Counted from the first letter of the whole stretch, positions 42,612 through 53,554 are shown. The stretch: 55,548 nt of DNA, filler included, from Stramenopiles sp. TOSAG23-3 (GCA_900128585.1; 4 parts of 4 records of this genome joined end to end with filler, not necessarily neighbours in it); one strand, 5' to 3'. Made by a program: numbers and translations. Notes: generated by a model not told the origin, from the sequence alone.

Positions 42612-44948
42612 TCAATCAAGCTCCTGGGCAATGGCCCACAAAAAGTCGTCCCTGGAGACGCCAGTCTTGCCAACCTCGCCGTTTGTGCCCGCTTCGTCGA
42701 GCAAGTGTTTGATTGCTGCTTGCTGGAAAAGATTGTAGAGGGCAGCACCGTTCATTCCTGCCGTCAATGAGCTGGCTTCTTTCATCAAGCTGTTCGTGTC
42801 AAGCACTCCGTTGCCTCTGCTCTCCCACTTGATTTGCGTCGCATACTTTGTCAGGATGTCCAACCGTGCCTCCTCGTCCGGCAATCCCACGTGAATCACC
42901 TTGTCGAATCGACCGGGGCGCAGCAATGCTGGATCTATAAGGTCCAGACGATTGGTTGCACCCAGAACTACAATACGATTTGCAAGTATTGACCCGGAAC
43001 GCTCTTCTCTCAATCCGTCCATTTCCATCATCAATTGGGCTATCATGCTGTTTCCTAACCTTCCAGATGTTTCTCGGTCCCCGAACATGGCCTGAATTTC
43101 GTCAAGAAATATCACGCAAGGACTTTTTTCATGGGCCCTGCGAAACAACTCCCCGATTGCAGCCTCGCTCGCCCCCACGTCACCTTTCATCAGACTGGAA
43201 AATGAGGCAGCTATAAACGCTGTGCCGGCGTACGATGCCACCGCTTTCGCAATCAAAGTTTTCCCTGTCCCAGGCGGCCCGTACATCAGAATTCCGCATG
43301 GGGGCAAGATCCCTGACTGCTCGAACTGTTCTGGGTACAAGAATGGCCAGACCACGGCTTCGTTTAGAACCTTCTTTATTTCCTTCAAGCCTCCCACTGA
43401 ATTCCAATCGTCTTGCGAAGACCGCCTCTTCACATCGACCCCATCGCCTCCCTGCATGTTCCCTGTCAAAACGCCCTCTGTCCTTTTCGTGCGCATTGAT
43501 CCGGCCCGGGACAGTCCGGTTTCGATGTCCAACCATGAAACTTCAATCTTCTCGGACGCTGGGACACTTTTCATGGACACCTGAAGCAGCACGTGCCCAA
43601 ACAACATCTGTATGTCACCGCGAGCGAAACCATTGCATCGCTTCGCCAAGTCGTTTACCACTGCGCAGTAGTCCAACTTCTCCCTGTTGCTTCCCGAGTG
43701 CACGCTGTATTTGCTGCTGTCAAAAAAGTAACTGATCGTGTCTCGCCGCTCCACGGCCGATGGCAGGGCAAGGTGGCAGTGGGTGCTGAACAGGGAAGCT
43801 GCTTCCGTCTCCAAGTTCCCCTTGCTTGTGGTTGTCCCGCAAACGAGCAAGCGAGTATTTTTCCCTTTTTCAGACTTTATCAGTGATAAACAGCGCTTCA
43901 ACTCTTGAAGCGCAAACTTTCTATCGTTCAGAATAACATGGTCTGCACTCCCAAGCATTTTTTCTGAAGCCTTTTCCATGAATGGCAGAACCATGTCAAT
44001 GTCTTCTAGTACGACCAAGCAGCCCCTGTTGCGTTCTACTGAGGGTCTCGCACCGCCCCCATGGCCCGTGCGCCCCCCCAGTCCGAGGACGCGCGCGCGC
44101 TTTATCGCGTTCAAAAATATGTCCCGAATGGCACGGTCGGTTTCCCCTTCGTACACTTGATTTGCGATCTTGATCATATTGATTGGAACAATCTCATACC
44201 CAAAACAGTCCCCTAGAGTTGACAACAGTTCTAACTTTCCGCTCCCGTGTACACCCGACAACAGCAGGTTCGATTTTGCGCCAGAGGGGCCCACGCTGCC
44301 ATGGTCTAACCAATTCTCAAGGGTGCCCACAACGTCTGAGGATCCAAACGAACGCTTCCAGCCGACCAATGACTCTAATTTTCTGCATTCAACATCATCT
44401 CTTGCGTCTGCATCGGAAAGGATTTCTATAAGAGTTGATACCGTCATAACACCTACTTCCACGGCTGGCGTAAAGCTCGACGCACCGTTTGGCAACGCAC
44501 GCTTGCAGGTTATGCGGCAGCCCTCCGACAGAGTCCACGAGGAGCCTATTTTTACAATTTTGTCGCACAGTTTGTCGTGAATGTATTGTTCTACGTTGAA
44601 GGCCTTCGAAAGAGACGACCGGCCGCGAATGTCGAAAGACACCATACCCCAAACGTGCAACTTTAACCGTGCAAGAGAAACCTTTTTCATCTCTGCCAAC
44701 GGGTCGTCGCTCAATAAGTCGCTCTCCAGCATTTTCAATGTACATTTATCTTTGCCCTGCTTCACGTCCAACACGACGCGAGCGGCGCTCACGACCATTT
44801 TTCCTCTGTTGTAAACTTTAGCTACCTGCCCATGTTCTAGTCTATAACACTTCAAAGCCTCGACGCCGACGTGAATTTCCGATTCGACACTTGACCGCGG
44901 CGACTTGTCTTTCCGGACCACGTTCTCAAGGAAGTACTCAACAGACAT
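42612..44948 (-). CDS. CDC48/AFG2-family double AAA+ ATPase with a degenerate D1 domain
   Basis: D1: GVHGSGK, VVLEDID. D2: GGLKEIK, YGPPGTGKT, IFLDEIQ, ATNRLDLIDPALLRPGRFD; first in-frame ATG 44948. Confidence 0.9.
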   Translation of the reverse strand: MSVEYFLENVVRKDKSPRSSVESEIHVGVEALKCYRLEHGQVAKVYNRGKMVVSAARVVLDVKQGKDKCTLKMLESDLLSDDPLAEMKKVSLARLKLHVWGMVSFDIRGRSSLSKAFNVEQYIHDKLCDKIVKIGSSWTLSEGCRITCKRALPNGASSFTPAVEVGVMTVSTLIEILSDADARDDVECRKLESLVGWKRSFGSSDVVGTLENWLDHGSVGPSGAKSNLLLSGVHGSGKLELLSTLGDCFGYEIVPINMIKIANQVYEGETDRAIRDIFLNAIKRARVLGLGGRTGHGGGARPSVERNRGCLVVLEDIDMVLPFMEKASEKMLGSADHVILNDRKFALQELKRCLSLIKSEKGKNTRLLVCGTTTSKGNLETEAASLFSTHCHLALPSAVERRDTISYFFDSSKYSVHSGSNREKLDYCAVVNDLAKRCNGFARGDIQMLFGHVLLQVSMKSVPASEKIEVSWLDIETGLSRAGSMRTKRTEGVLTGNMQGGDGVDVKRRSSQDDWNSVGGLKEIKKVLNEAVVWPFLYPEQFEQSGILPPCGILMYGPPGTGKTLIAKAVASYAGTAFIAASFSSLMKGDVGASEAAIGELFRRAHEKSPCVIFLDEIQAMFGDRETSGRLGNSMIAQLMMEMDGLREERSGSILANRIVVLGATNRLDLIDPALLRPGRFDKVIHVGLPDEEARLDILTKYATQIKWESRGNGVLDTNSLMKEASSLTAGMNGAALYNLFQQAAIKHLLDEAGTNGEVGKTGVSRDDFLWAIAQELD

Positions 44949-45320
44949 CCCAAAAAAAACGGAGGGATTCACCCCATGTAAAACGAAACACTACGAATGA
45001 ATGCAAATGCAATATAATCGAAGGCTGTTCAATAAGTACCATTTCCTTGTTTTATGTATACACGCACAATCTTAACCCGTTTGCAAATAAAAAATCGCTT
45101 TGTTAAATTTAATACCGATCAATTGACAATGAAACATGATTGTCAATTGGGATTTGAGCGCGTAAGAATAGTAAATAATAAAGCTCATCTCATCATCTCA
45201 GAGGATAGGCCAACAAAATAGTGTTAAATATGAGGGTTTAAAAGTCAGTCATTAAAAAAATCGGAGGAGAGCTTATTGAGTACGGCACAGGTATAATATA
45301 AATACCAGGTACAACATCAT

Positions 45321-47444
45321 CTATCCACTTGGGGCGTCCCCGTACCACTTTAAGCGTATTTTCAAATTTCCCCGCAATTCCGTCGAGAGAAGCGCCTCGT
45401 GAGAATCGTCTGACCTGCAGTTCTGGCAGCCCAACATAGCGCCGCCGTTTTCCGAGACGCTTATGACCGGTATATTGATGCTCTTGACGCTTGCTTTTAC
45501 GGGCTCTAGCGCTTTCGCGCGCATAGCTTTCGGTCCGTAGCAGCAGAAGATCATCATTGCGGCTCCCGCAGCATGCACCGCTTCTGCAATGTCGGCGAAC
45601 GTGGTGGATTCTGGGAAACCATCAGCAGGACGACACACGACCACTGCTTTTCCCTGGCATTCCTCTTTGTCAAAATTCGTGTAACTGTGGGAGAGACACG
45701 TTATGTCGACCGAACGAGACGAAAAATTAGAACGGATTCCAAAGTTCTTGGCGCGTTTGCAACGAACAGATTTTCTCCAAAGTTCGCGGGGCCCGTGGCC
45801 GACGACTCGCCCTTCTAACTTTAGGCGCGGTGGCTGCACAACAGCAATTGAATACAAAGGTCCGCAGCCAATGCTGCACACGAACTGACCTGCCAGGTCT
45901 GCGAACGGTAACAGGCTTTCTTCCGCTGGACCCCGCACACCAGTCTCCTGCAAGTCGATGCCATTGCCAAATTGCTCACTTGGAGTGCGCCCCCACACAA
46001 ACACAGTCCCCCCCGACGCCAGCGCTGTCGTATGCATGCTTCCGCACGCAACGTCTTTAACTATCAGCTGCACTCCTTCTTCGTCGCACAGTTGCACTTC
46101 TACGGGTTCGTTGATGAAAAACTTTGTTTTCTGGAGGGAGCCCGACGATCGTGGCGCCACTTGACCGTGCTGGTTACTGCCCCACATGTACAGCCTTCCG
46201 CCTTCAAACAGGGCAGCGTAGTGCCTTTCGCCTGCCGCAATCTTGATGCATCGGGAACCCTCGCTTTCAGGGAACGCCACAGAGACGCTGTCCATGCCCC
46301 TCTTTCTGGTCGACCCCGTTTTGCGGTCCGGGCTGTTCCAGTGAACGTCACCATCGCTGTCTAAAATGAGAAAACTCCGCTCCCCGCAAACAACCTGGGC
46401 TATCCGCTGCAGTTTGCCTGACCTTTCGTCGTCGCCGCCCCTTGCCCTCCATCTCAAGGGGGGCAGCAGGTGAAACGAATCGTCCGTGCGACCTCTGATT
46501 CCTAGATTGTTTCCAATACCGTCTCGCGCATGCCGGTCGTCCTCGGACCGAAAGAAGCGATTGGTGCTATTTTTCGCGCCGTCGCCTGCGGTCGCAACTT
46601 CCCTCAAAAAGAACTCTCCCTCAACATTATTTCGCCACATCACCAAACAGTCCACCTCCTTCTCGGAATCGTCGTTCAGAAGTGCCATAGACGCAATGTT
46701 TCCATCCCCGAACGAACAGATCACGGGCTTCCTGTTCAACTTGGTGGGATACAAGGGCGTGTCGTCGAGAGAACACAGTGACAGGGGAATGCTTTCGAGC
46801 GACTGTGCCCCCCCGGAATTCTTGTACTCCAGCTCGGAGTCCGACGACACCGCGACGATCGTGTGCTCCCTCCCGCACGCAAACTCCTCTGCCTGTCCCC
46901 CATTTATGTGGCATTTCTCGAAACCCCTAGCTGTACCCGTCCCCTCCTGAAGTGCCGCGGCCCCGATTCCAACGCTGTACAAAGTCTTGTCCCGCGCTTG
47001 CAAAATAATATGCATATCCCCTGCGTCTACTTTTGACACCGTGTCCGCTTCGACCGATTTTGGCAAGGGGATCGTGAACTGGGCGTTCGACGGCACCTCG
47101 TGGTTTCCAAGGTCGTTGTTGACCGCTAGTCCGCCGCATAGGTAGGCTAAGCGACGAAATCCTGACAAACGGCTACCCTTTCCGTCCTCTATGTTGTCCG
47201 TATTCTTGCTGGAAACCTCTACGTCGTCTGCCATCTTTCCCCACACATAAACCCCACCGTTAGCATCGAACGATATCGAAGGCGGTGGCAATCCCTCGGA
47301 TGTGCGGAACGATGGCACGCCTGACCATTTACTCTTTGCACTCACCTGTTCTGGAACTAGACCGGCGACAGCTGGGGGGGTCGCTTTTATCCCCACTGCA
47401 CTTTCGGCGGACTGGCCGGCACCGCCCGTCTGCTCACCGGACAT
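45321..47444 (-). CDS. RCC1-repeat protein with C-terminal PA (protease-associated)-like domain
   Basis: VDAGDMH, FACGREHT, IAAGERH, LYMWGSNQHGQ, VACGSMHT, VFVWG; GKAVVVCR...FADIAEAVHAAGAAMMI...INIPVISVS. Confidence 0.8.
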   Translation of the reverse strand: MSGEQTGGAGQSAESAVGIKATPPAVAGLVPEQVSAKSKWSGVPSFRTSEGLPPPSISFDANGGVYVWGKMADDVEVSSKNTDNIEDGKGSRLSGFRRLAYLCGGLAVNNDLGNHEVPSNAQFTIPLPKSVEADTVSKVDAGDMHIILQARDKTLYSVGIGAAALQEGTGTARGFEKCHINGGQAEEFACGREHTIVAVSSDSELEYKNSGGAQSLESIPLSLCSLDDTPLYPTKLNRKPVICSFGDGNIASMALLNDDSEKEVDCLVMWRNNVEGEFFLREVATAGDGAKNSTNRFFRSEDDRHARDGIGNNLGIRGRTDDSFHLLPPLRWRARGGDDERSGKLQRIAQVVCGERSFLILDSDGDVHWNSPDRKTGSTRKRGMDSVSVAFPESEGSRCIKIAAGERHYAALFEGGRLYMWGSNQHGQVAPRSSGSLQKTKFFINEPVEVQLCDEEGVQLIVKDVACGSMHTTALASGGTVFVWGRTPSEQFGNGIDLQETGVRGPAEESLLPFADLAGQFVCSIGCGPLYSIAVVQPPRLKLEGRVVGHGPRELWRKSVRCKRAKNFGIRSNFSSRSVDITCLSHSYTNFDKEECQGKAVVVCRPADGFPESTTFADIAEAVHAAGAAMMIFCCYGPKAMRAKALEPVKASVKSINIPVISVSENGGAMLGCQNCRSDDSHEALLSTELRGNLKIRLKWYGDAPSG

Positions 47445-47645
47445 TCTATAGTTGTTATTCACAACAGAACAGTCCGAAAGGTCCCGGGGAATATCAATAC
47501 TCCTTTTTGTCCACACATATGCTTCGGGGAGTGGTACAAACGTAGCATGAATTTCATTTATTTGTGAAACATCAATCCCTTGCAACCAGTACATTCGAGA
47601 AGAACAATCAATTTTTAATACCAATAGTATAGTTCATAACTTATA

Positions 47646-47715
47646 GAAGAAGAAGAAGAAGAAGAAGAAGAATGAAGAAGAAAGAAATTAAAAATTAAAA
47701 ATTAAAAATTAAAAT
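47646..47715. repeat. (GAA)n followed by (AAAATT)n simple repeats
   Basis: Directly visible. Confidence 0.9.
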
Positions 47716-48087
47716 TTTTAAGAGTTGTCTCACCGTCCCACCAACCATTTTAGTGCTGTGTTCCTGTTGTAATTTAATTCTTTTTTTTTTTGACTCCTCG
47801 TTCTTCTTCTTCTTCGCCTCCCTCTCGCCTCGTAAAATATTTTAATAAATATTATAATAAAATCATCAATAATAATAGTCCTAGTTGTTGTTGCTGTTCC
47901 TTTTTTCTTTCTTCTTTTTTTCCTTCTTCCTCCTCCTCTGCCCTCTGCTGTGGAGTGACCGAGTGACCCCATCCACTTTGAAGCATTGTGTGTGAAGAAG
48001 AATGAATGAAGAAGAATGATCTTGCCAAATGCTTCTTAAATGTTTTTTTAATTCAAAAAAAAACACTCTAATAACAGCACAACACCA

Positions 48088-49050
48088 CTACATTTTGCTG
48101 TTTCCCATCAACAAATTATTATGATTTTGCCGATCGTTGTTTTTGTTTTCCAAAAGTCTTCGAGGGTGCCTACCGTCTACATATCCAATGAACGGAGGAG
48201 AAACAGTCCACCCCAGCATTTCCTGAAGCTTTGTGGGTAACGTCTTTACCACCTCTCTATCCACTCCTATCAAATGATTTTCTTGCGGTCGTAACCATGC
48301 GCTTATGAATTCTATTAAAATGCCGAGGCGGGGAGTCTTGCTATTGTTTTTTCCTCCACCATGAAGAAGAGAGCCGCGGTAAATCATGATGCTGCCGGCT
48401 TTCATTTCGCACTGTATTGCTCTTGAAGCCTCGCTCGCACCGTTTTCAGACTTTTGCAACTGGGAAACGGTGTTCTTTGCGCTTACCCCTCCCGTATTGT
48501 ACGAAGCATCAAGACCGTTCGGCAAAACGTTCTTTACGGCATAGTCGTTTTCGCCACTGTACTGCCACGTGTGACTGCCTGGGTAGAGCACGGTTCCGCC
48601 GTTTTCTTTTGTAAAATCGTCGACCGCAATCATGCAGTTGATTACGATCTCATCGTGGGGTCGTGGTACTGGGTACTTACCATCGTCCCTGTGCAAAGGT
48701 TGCTCCTTCTCTCCCGGGCCGATATTGATCCCCACGGTTGAGGACAGCAGGAAGTGCTCTGAACCAAGGACCGACGAGACAACATCCAGGACTAACGGGT
48801 CGGTGACAAAGGAATCGAACGTCCGCGTCTTGTTAAAAAGCGAATAACATCGCTGGGTTTTTCCTCCTTCAAAACGGTTTCTCCCCTTTGGAGTTTTTGG
48901 CAGCAGTTTTTTGTGAAACTCGTTTTGAATTTCTTTTATGTTTGGAAGAAAACCCTCCAAAATGCAATACCCGTGCTCACTCAACGAATCAAAAACTCTA
49001 CGCCGATTAAACGGCGCCTGCAGTCGAGGCCGCACTCGGGCCGAAGACAT
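48088..49050 (-). CDS. PhyH-family Fe(II)/2-oxoglutarate dioxygenase, C-terminal SKM
   Basis: HGYCILEG, IGPGEKEQPLHRDD, DDFTKENGGT..PGSH, LLHGGGKN, WLRPQEN. Confidence 0.92.
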   Translation of the reverse strand: MSSARVRPRLQAPFNRRRVFDSLSEHGYCILEGFLPNIKEIQNEFHKKLLPKTPKGRNRFEGGKTQRCYSLFNKTRTFDSFVTDPLVLDVVSSVLGSEHFLLSSTVGINIGPGEKEQPLHRDDGKYPVPRPHDEIVINCMIAVDDFTKENGGTVLYPGSHTWQYSGENDYAVKNVLPNGLDASYNTGGVSAKNTVSQLQKSENGASEASRAIQCEMKAGSIMIYRGSLLHGGGKNNSKTPRLGILIEFISAWLRPQENHLIGVDREVVKTLPTKLQEMLGWTVSPPFIGYVDGRHPRRLLENKNNDRQNHNNLLMGNSKM

Positions 49051-49817
49051 TGCAGACACTGAACTGCAGCAGTCCACTCCCCCCGTTGTAATTGTACAAC
49101 CACTACGATATTCGAATCATAGAAATCTCGATTTCGAAACATATCAACACCAGTTGTGTATATCGTTTTAATAGTCGTTTTGAATAGTAGGAAGAATAGT
49201 CGTCTTGTTTTTTTTATCTACCATCTCTTCTTTTTTATCTAATATAATAATAATAAATAGTTGTTAAAATATATCTTTTCTTCTTCTTTTCTTCTTCTTC
49301 TATCTTTCGCAACAACCAACACTAAAAAACGATAAATTAAATTTATGTTTCATCATCAATTTTTACATAAACACAGCATCATCATCATTCATCTCAATCC
49401 ACTCAACTCAGTTGAAACTCTCAAATTGATTCGTCCTCCTCCCTCCTCGTTCTTTTACTATTTAAAATTATATAAATTAATAAAATTAAATTAATATTCT
49501 TCTTGAACTTCTTCTTCAATTTTATTATTATTTTTATCACAAAATGTTAGATGCTGTGTGATGTATAATATTATAACTATTTATTACTACTCAAAGAAGA
49601 AAGTGTGTGGTGAATATCCCGATCCCCCCCCGACCCCTAAAGATAAAGAATGAAACGAGGAAAGCCATTCGAAGCTAAATGCTATATGTAACTAAGCGCT
49701 TAAAGAAAACGTATGCATTGTAGCCAATAGATCATTCAAATTTGTTCTTGAATAAACAATCGGTAGGCAACCCTGGTACACGCGAAGAAGTGAGAAAAGG
49801 ACAAGGCAACGACAACA

Positions 49818-50912
49818 ATGAAGAAGACCATGGCGGTGACGGGAATCGGAGCTCCACTGGAGGTTGTAAAGACTGAAGTGCCTGTCCCGAAAGGGGATCA
49901 GGTGCTGATCAAGACCACGTATGGCGGATTGTGCCACAGCGATTTGCACCAGATTGACGGGTATTTTGATTTGGGAAACAATGCCAAGTTGGATATGGGC
50001 AAGTTCAGGAAGCTTCCGTTCGCCGTAGGACACGAAATTGAGGGCGTGGTGGTTGCTGTAGGCGAGAACGCAAAGGGGAAGGTCGCGGTTGGCCAGTCTT
50101 ACGGTATTTACCCGTGGGGGGGGTGCATGAACTGTGGCGAATGCAACCGTGGCTATGAGAACATATGCAGCATGCCTCATGTGAATGATTTGGGCAACGG
50201 AAAAAACATGGAAGGCGGCTATTCCAGCCACGTTCTTGTGCCGCACTTCCAGTACTGCTTCGACAAAACGGGAATCCCGGACGGGCTTGCTGCAACGTAT
50301 ATGTGCGCTGGCTTGACTGGGTTTTCTGCCATCAAGAAGATTGGCCCACCCCCGAACGGGCCGAAAGATATCGTGATTCTCGGGCTAGGAGGTGTCGGTA
50401 TGCAGGGGTTTCAAATGGCGAAAGCGCTCAACGGGGGGGCGCCGATGGCGGTGGATTTACGGGACGAAGCACTTGCGGTTGCACGTGCGGAGGGAGCGAT
50501 AACCTTCAACGCGGCCGATAAGAAGATCGTCAAAAAGATAAGGGCAGAGACATCCAATGGGCTCGGGGTGTTTGGCGTCATCGATTTCGTTGGTGGCGAC
50601 AAAACCTTCGCACTAAGCCAGCAGATCATTCGTCGAGGTGGCATCATCGTCCAAGTTGGGCTTTTGGGTGGTGCCATGAGCATGCCCCTCCCCATGTTTC
50701 CGCTGAGGGCGATGCAGATAAAGGGAACGCTCGTTGGGTCGCTGCCTGAGTGCCACGAAATGTTCGACCTGCTCCGTGCGGGAAAAATTGGCGAAATCCC
50801 GTACCACATACGTAGTATTAGAGAAGCCAACCAGGCCATTGCGGACATGAAGGCCGGGAAGCTCGTTGGTCGCTGTATCTTCAAACACGATTGGGGTGAA
50901 AGTAGTCTATAA
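49818..50912 (+). CDS. Zn-dependent medium-chain alcohol dehydrogenase, C-terminal SSL
   Basis: GLCHSDLH, GHEIEG, CMNCGECNRGYENIC, GLGGVG, DFVG. Confidence 0.95.
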   Translation: MKKTMAVTGIGAPLEVVKTEVPVPKGDQVLIKTTYGGLCHSDLHQIDGYFDLGNNAKLDMGKFRKLPFAVGHEIEGVVVAVGENAKGKVAVGQSYGIYPWGGCMNCGECNRGYENICSMPHVNDLGNGKNMEGGYSSHVLVPHFQYCFDKTGIPDGLAATYMCAGLTGFSAIKKIGPPPNGPKDIVILGLGGVGMQGFQMAKALNGGAPMAVDLRDEALAVARAEGAITFNAADKKIVKKIRAETSNGLGVFGVIDFVGGDKTFALSQQIIRRGGIIVQVGLLGGAMSMPLPMFPLRAMQIKGTLVGSLPECHEMFDLLRAGKIGEIPYHIRSIREANQAIADMKAGKLVGRCIFKHDWGESSL

Positions 50913-51115
50913 TGTTTGGGGGCGTTCGTTTTCGTTTTTTCTTTTTTTTTATTAGTACTAGACCTACTATATTATTATTTATCTCCTCGGTTAAGCTATT
51001 ATTATTAATAAACAGATAGTTTTGAGCCCGTAATATAAACATAGCATTGGTAACTAACAGAACAATAGTATTATAAATAATAAGTATTATAAGAATAATA
51101 TGCACAACAAAGGGC

Positions 51116-51249
51116 GAGACGAAAAATCTTGATGACGAGTATCTTTGGCGCGGAATTGAAAAATGGGAAGCGACTTTGTGTAAACTATTTGAGATGAAGA
51201 GATCTTTACGAAAAAAGTATAATTTTTACTATTTCAACCGTTCAAAAGT
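51116..51249 (-). repeat. Repeat family B partial copy (right end, inverted), cut by gap
   Basis: GTATCTTTGGCGCGGAATTGAAAAATGGGAA...TCAAAAGT matches the reverse complement of 22827-22937. Confidence 0.9.
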
Positions 51250-51349
51250 NNNNNNNNNNNNNNNNNNNNNNNNNNNNNNNNNNNNNNNNNNNNTTAATTA
51301 ATTAANNNNNNNNNNNNNNNNNNNNNNNNNNNNNNNNNNNNNNNNNNNN
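51250..51349. other. Scaffold gap with artificial linker
   Basis: 44 N + TTAATTAATTAA + 44 N. Confidence 0.97.
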
Positions 51350-51351
51350 CC

Positions 51352-52740
51352 GTGAGTAACGGCGCACAAGGCTACCAGTCTTTCGGAAGTTTTCACTCCG
51401 ACGATGTCGAAGTATTAATCCGGGAAAGCGAGGACGAGTACATCACACCCGAAGTTCCTTTCGACACGTTCCGGGTGTTCGAGTGGGCTACTTCGAGCGC
51501 GAAGGAGCTAGATTTTGGGGAAAATGCAAGGTCTGAGTTTTTTATTGACAGCTCGTGGACCTTTCTCAACCACGGGGCGTTCGGTGGATCCCTTCGTGAA
51601 ATTACTCGTTACGGCGATGAGTGGCGTCGGTTTTGTGAAACGCAGCCCCTGCGGTTCTACGACAGAGTCCTGTTGCCCCACTTGGTCCACTCCCACCGTG
51701 CACTCGGGAAATTTATAAACTGTGAACCAGTGGATGTGGTTCTTGTTCCGAACGCAACGACCGCTCTAAATGCCGTGATGCGCTCACTTGTCCAGGGGAG
51801 CGACGACAATATTCTCATGTTGGACGTGGGGTATGGTGCAATCAAGAAAGTCTGTGAAACCGTGTGCCGTGGCCTCGGCGCCACGGCGGACGTGGTCCCG
51901 ATCAGCGAGAGCTTGCTATCGGCAGCGGTCGACGATGGTGAACCCTCCAGCGTCGACGACATACTCGTAGGGGCGGTCGAATCCTCACTTCAAGGCAATA
52001 CCACGTACAAAGTCGTGGTCCTGGACCACACTACCAGCAACACGGGCCTGAACTTACCTGTCGAAAAGATTGCAAGGGTGTGCAAGGAGTACGGCTGCAT
52101 CGTTGTCGTCGACGGTGCCCACGGTCTCCTTGCCCGGGACCTAGACATGCGGGCAATGGCCCAGTGTGGTGTCGACTTCTACGCCGGGAACTGCCACAAG
52201 TGGCTGGCCTCAAACAAGGGCCTGGGGTTTATGTGGACAAACGCAAAAGACGCCGTTAAACCCGTTGTCATATCACACGGGTACGACGATGGGTACCTCA
52301 GCTCGTTCATGTGGGACGGATGTCGAGACTACAGTGCAGCGCTGACACTCCCGTACCTCCTGCAGTTCTGGGACTCGGTCGGTCAGGCAAGGGTCCGAGA
52401 GTACCAGAAAAAAATCCTTGTTGGGGCTCTTCGGGGTCTGTCGGACATATGGCACGACGGGGACGCATCCCAGAGCTTTGTTGTCCCTTCTGGGTCGCAC
52501 CTCGAACGATTCCATTCTCCGCTCGGCTTGGTGCGGCTGCCTTCCCGCCTTCAAGACCCAGCCGGGAGCGCAGACTCTGCAACGTCAAAGGCAATTCAAG
52601 ACAGGCTTCACCACGACCATAAAATCGAAGTCCCAGTAAAAAACATAAACGGTCAGCTGTTCTGCAGACTCAGCGCGCACATATACAACACCCCCAGCGA
52701 GTACGAAAAGCTCGGGCACGTCCTGCTTGCACAGGAATGA
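51352..52740 (+). CDS. Class-V PLP enzyme (L-cysteine desulfhydrase / Egt2 / isopenicillin-N epimerase-like); 5' end probably in the gap
   Basis: FLNHGAFG, VPNATTALN, DHTTSNTG, VDGAHG, DFYAGNCHKW, WDGCRDYSA, RLSAHIYN. Confidence 0.9.
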   Translation: MSNGAQGYQSFGSFHSDDVEVLIRESEDEYITPEVPFDTFRVFEWATSSAKELDFGENARSEFFIDSSWTFLNHGAFGGSLREITRYGDEWRRFCETQPLRFYDRVLLPHLVHSHRALGKFINCEPVDVVLVPNATTALNAVMRSLVQGSDDNILMLDVGYGAIKKVCETVCRGLGATADVVPISESLLSAAVDDGEPSSVDDILVGAVESSLQGNTTYKVVVLDHTTSNTGLNLPVEKIARVCKEYGCIVVVDGAHGLLARDLDMRAMAQCGVDFYAGNCHKWLASNKGLGFMWTNAKDAVKPVVISHGYDDGYLSSFMWDGCRDYSAALTLPYLLQFWDSVGQARVREYQKKILVGALRGLSDIWHDGDASQSFVVPSGSHLERFHSPLGLVRLPSRLQDPAGSADSATSKAIQDRLHHDHKIEVPVKNINGQLFCRLSAHIYNTPSEYEKLGHVLLAQE

Positions 52741-53009
52741 AACTGGGAAACCCGCGTTCTGCGAACTGTGAGAGTAAGAGAGAGAAGTAATTTTTGAGGA
52801 AAGAGAGAGATGCAATGTATTAATTAGAAAGGAGAGCAGGCCGACCGCCTCGTAAACTAAGTATGAATCAACAGTTAACAAGATTTATACAATGAATCAA
52901 GAGATTTTAATCAAGAGACACGAGTAACTTATTTTTATGTCACTCAGAAGATTTTTCAAGAATTTTTCGGTTCTTCGAAAATTTAATCAAGTTCCTTGGT
53001 CAGATGTCG

Positions 53010-53399
53010 TAATGCTATTCCATGTTAATTTTATCGCTTTCGTGCAAAAATAAAGAGACGACCGTCGTTGTATTTTTAAAAGTAAAAGGCCATGGTAGAC
53101 AGCTGTTCTAGAAAGTGTTCAGTGTCCTTGGCGCGAAAAAAAATCCGACTCGATTTTTAAAGTATGGAAGCGTTCGGCCAGAAAATGACAAACTAAAGCA
53201 AGGAGAACGCATAACTGCATAAGTTTAGATCGGGTAATCGTTGCGCTCACAATATTAAAGCGTCAACAAACGTTTATAAATTGTTTGCCCTCTAATGACT
53301 TGGAAATGCGGTTCCTAGGGACAATTTAGTGTGAAATGAACGATTTCGACCAAACGGCACCCCAACAAACACTTATTCATTCGTCGGTGTTTGAAAAAC
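53010..53399 (+). repeat. Repeat family B partial copy (left part), cut by gap
   Basis: Collinear blocks shared with 22431-22790 (TAATGCTATTCCATGT, CCGACTCGATTTT, GCCAGAAAATGACAAA, TAATGACTTGGAA). Confidence 0.92.
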
Positions 53400-53499
53400 N
53401 NNNNNNNNNNNNNNNNNNNNNNNNNNNNNNNNNNNNNNNNNNNTTAATTAATTAANNNNNNNNNNNNNNNNNNNNNNNNNNNNNNNNNNNNNNNNNNNN
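53400..53499. other. Scaffold gap with artificial linker
   Basis: 44 N + TTAATTAATTAA + 44 N. Confidence 0.97.
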
Positions 53500-53554
53500 A
53501 AACAAAAAATATGCTCCAGTGAGGAATTGAGGCCACAGACAGATCCAATTATCA

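Noticed and set aside
44969-44977. ATG-GGG-TGA mini-uORF upstream of the AAA gene
   Set aside because: Cannot be distinguished from chance or a homopolymer error
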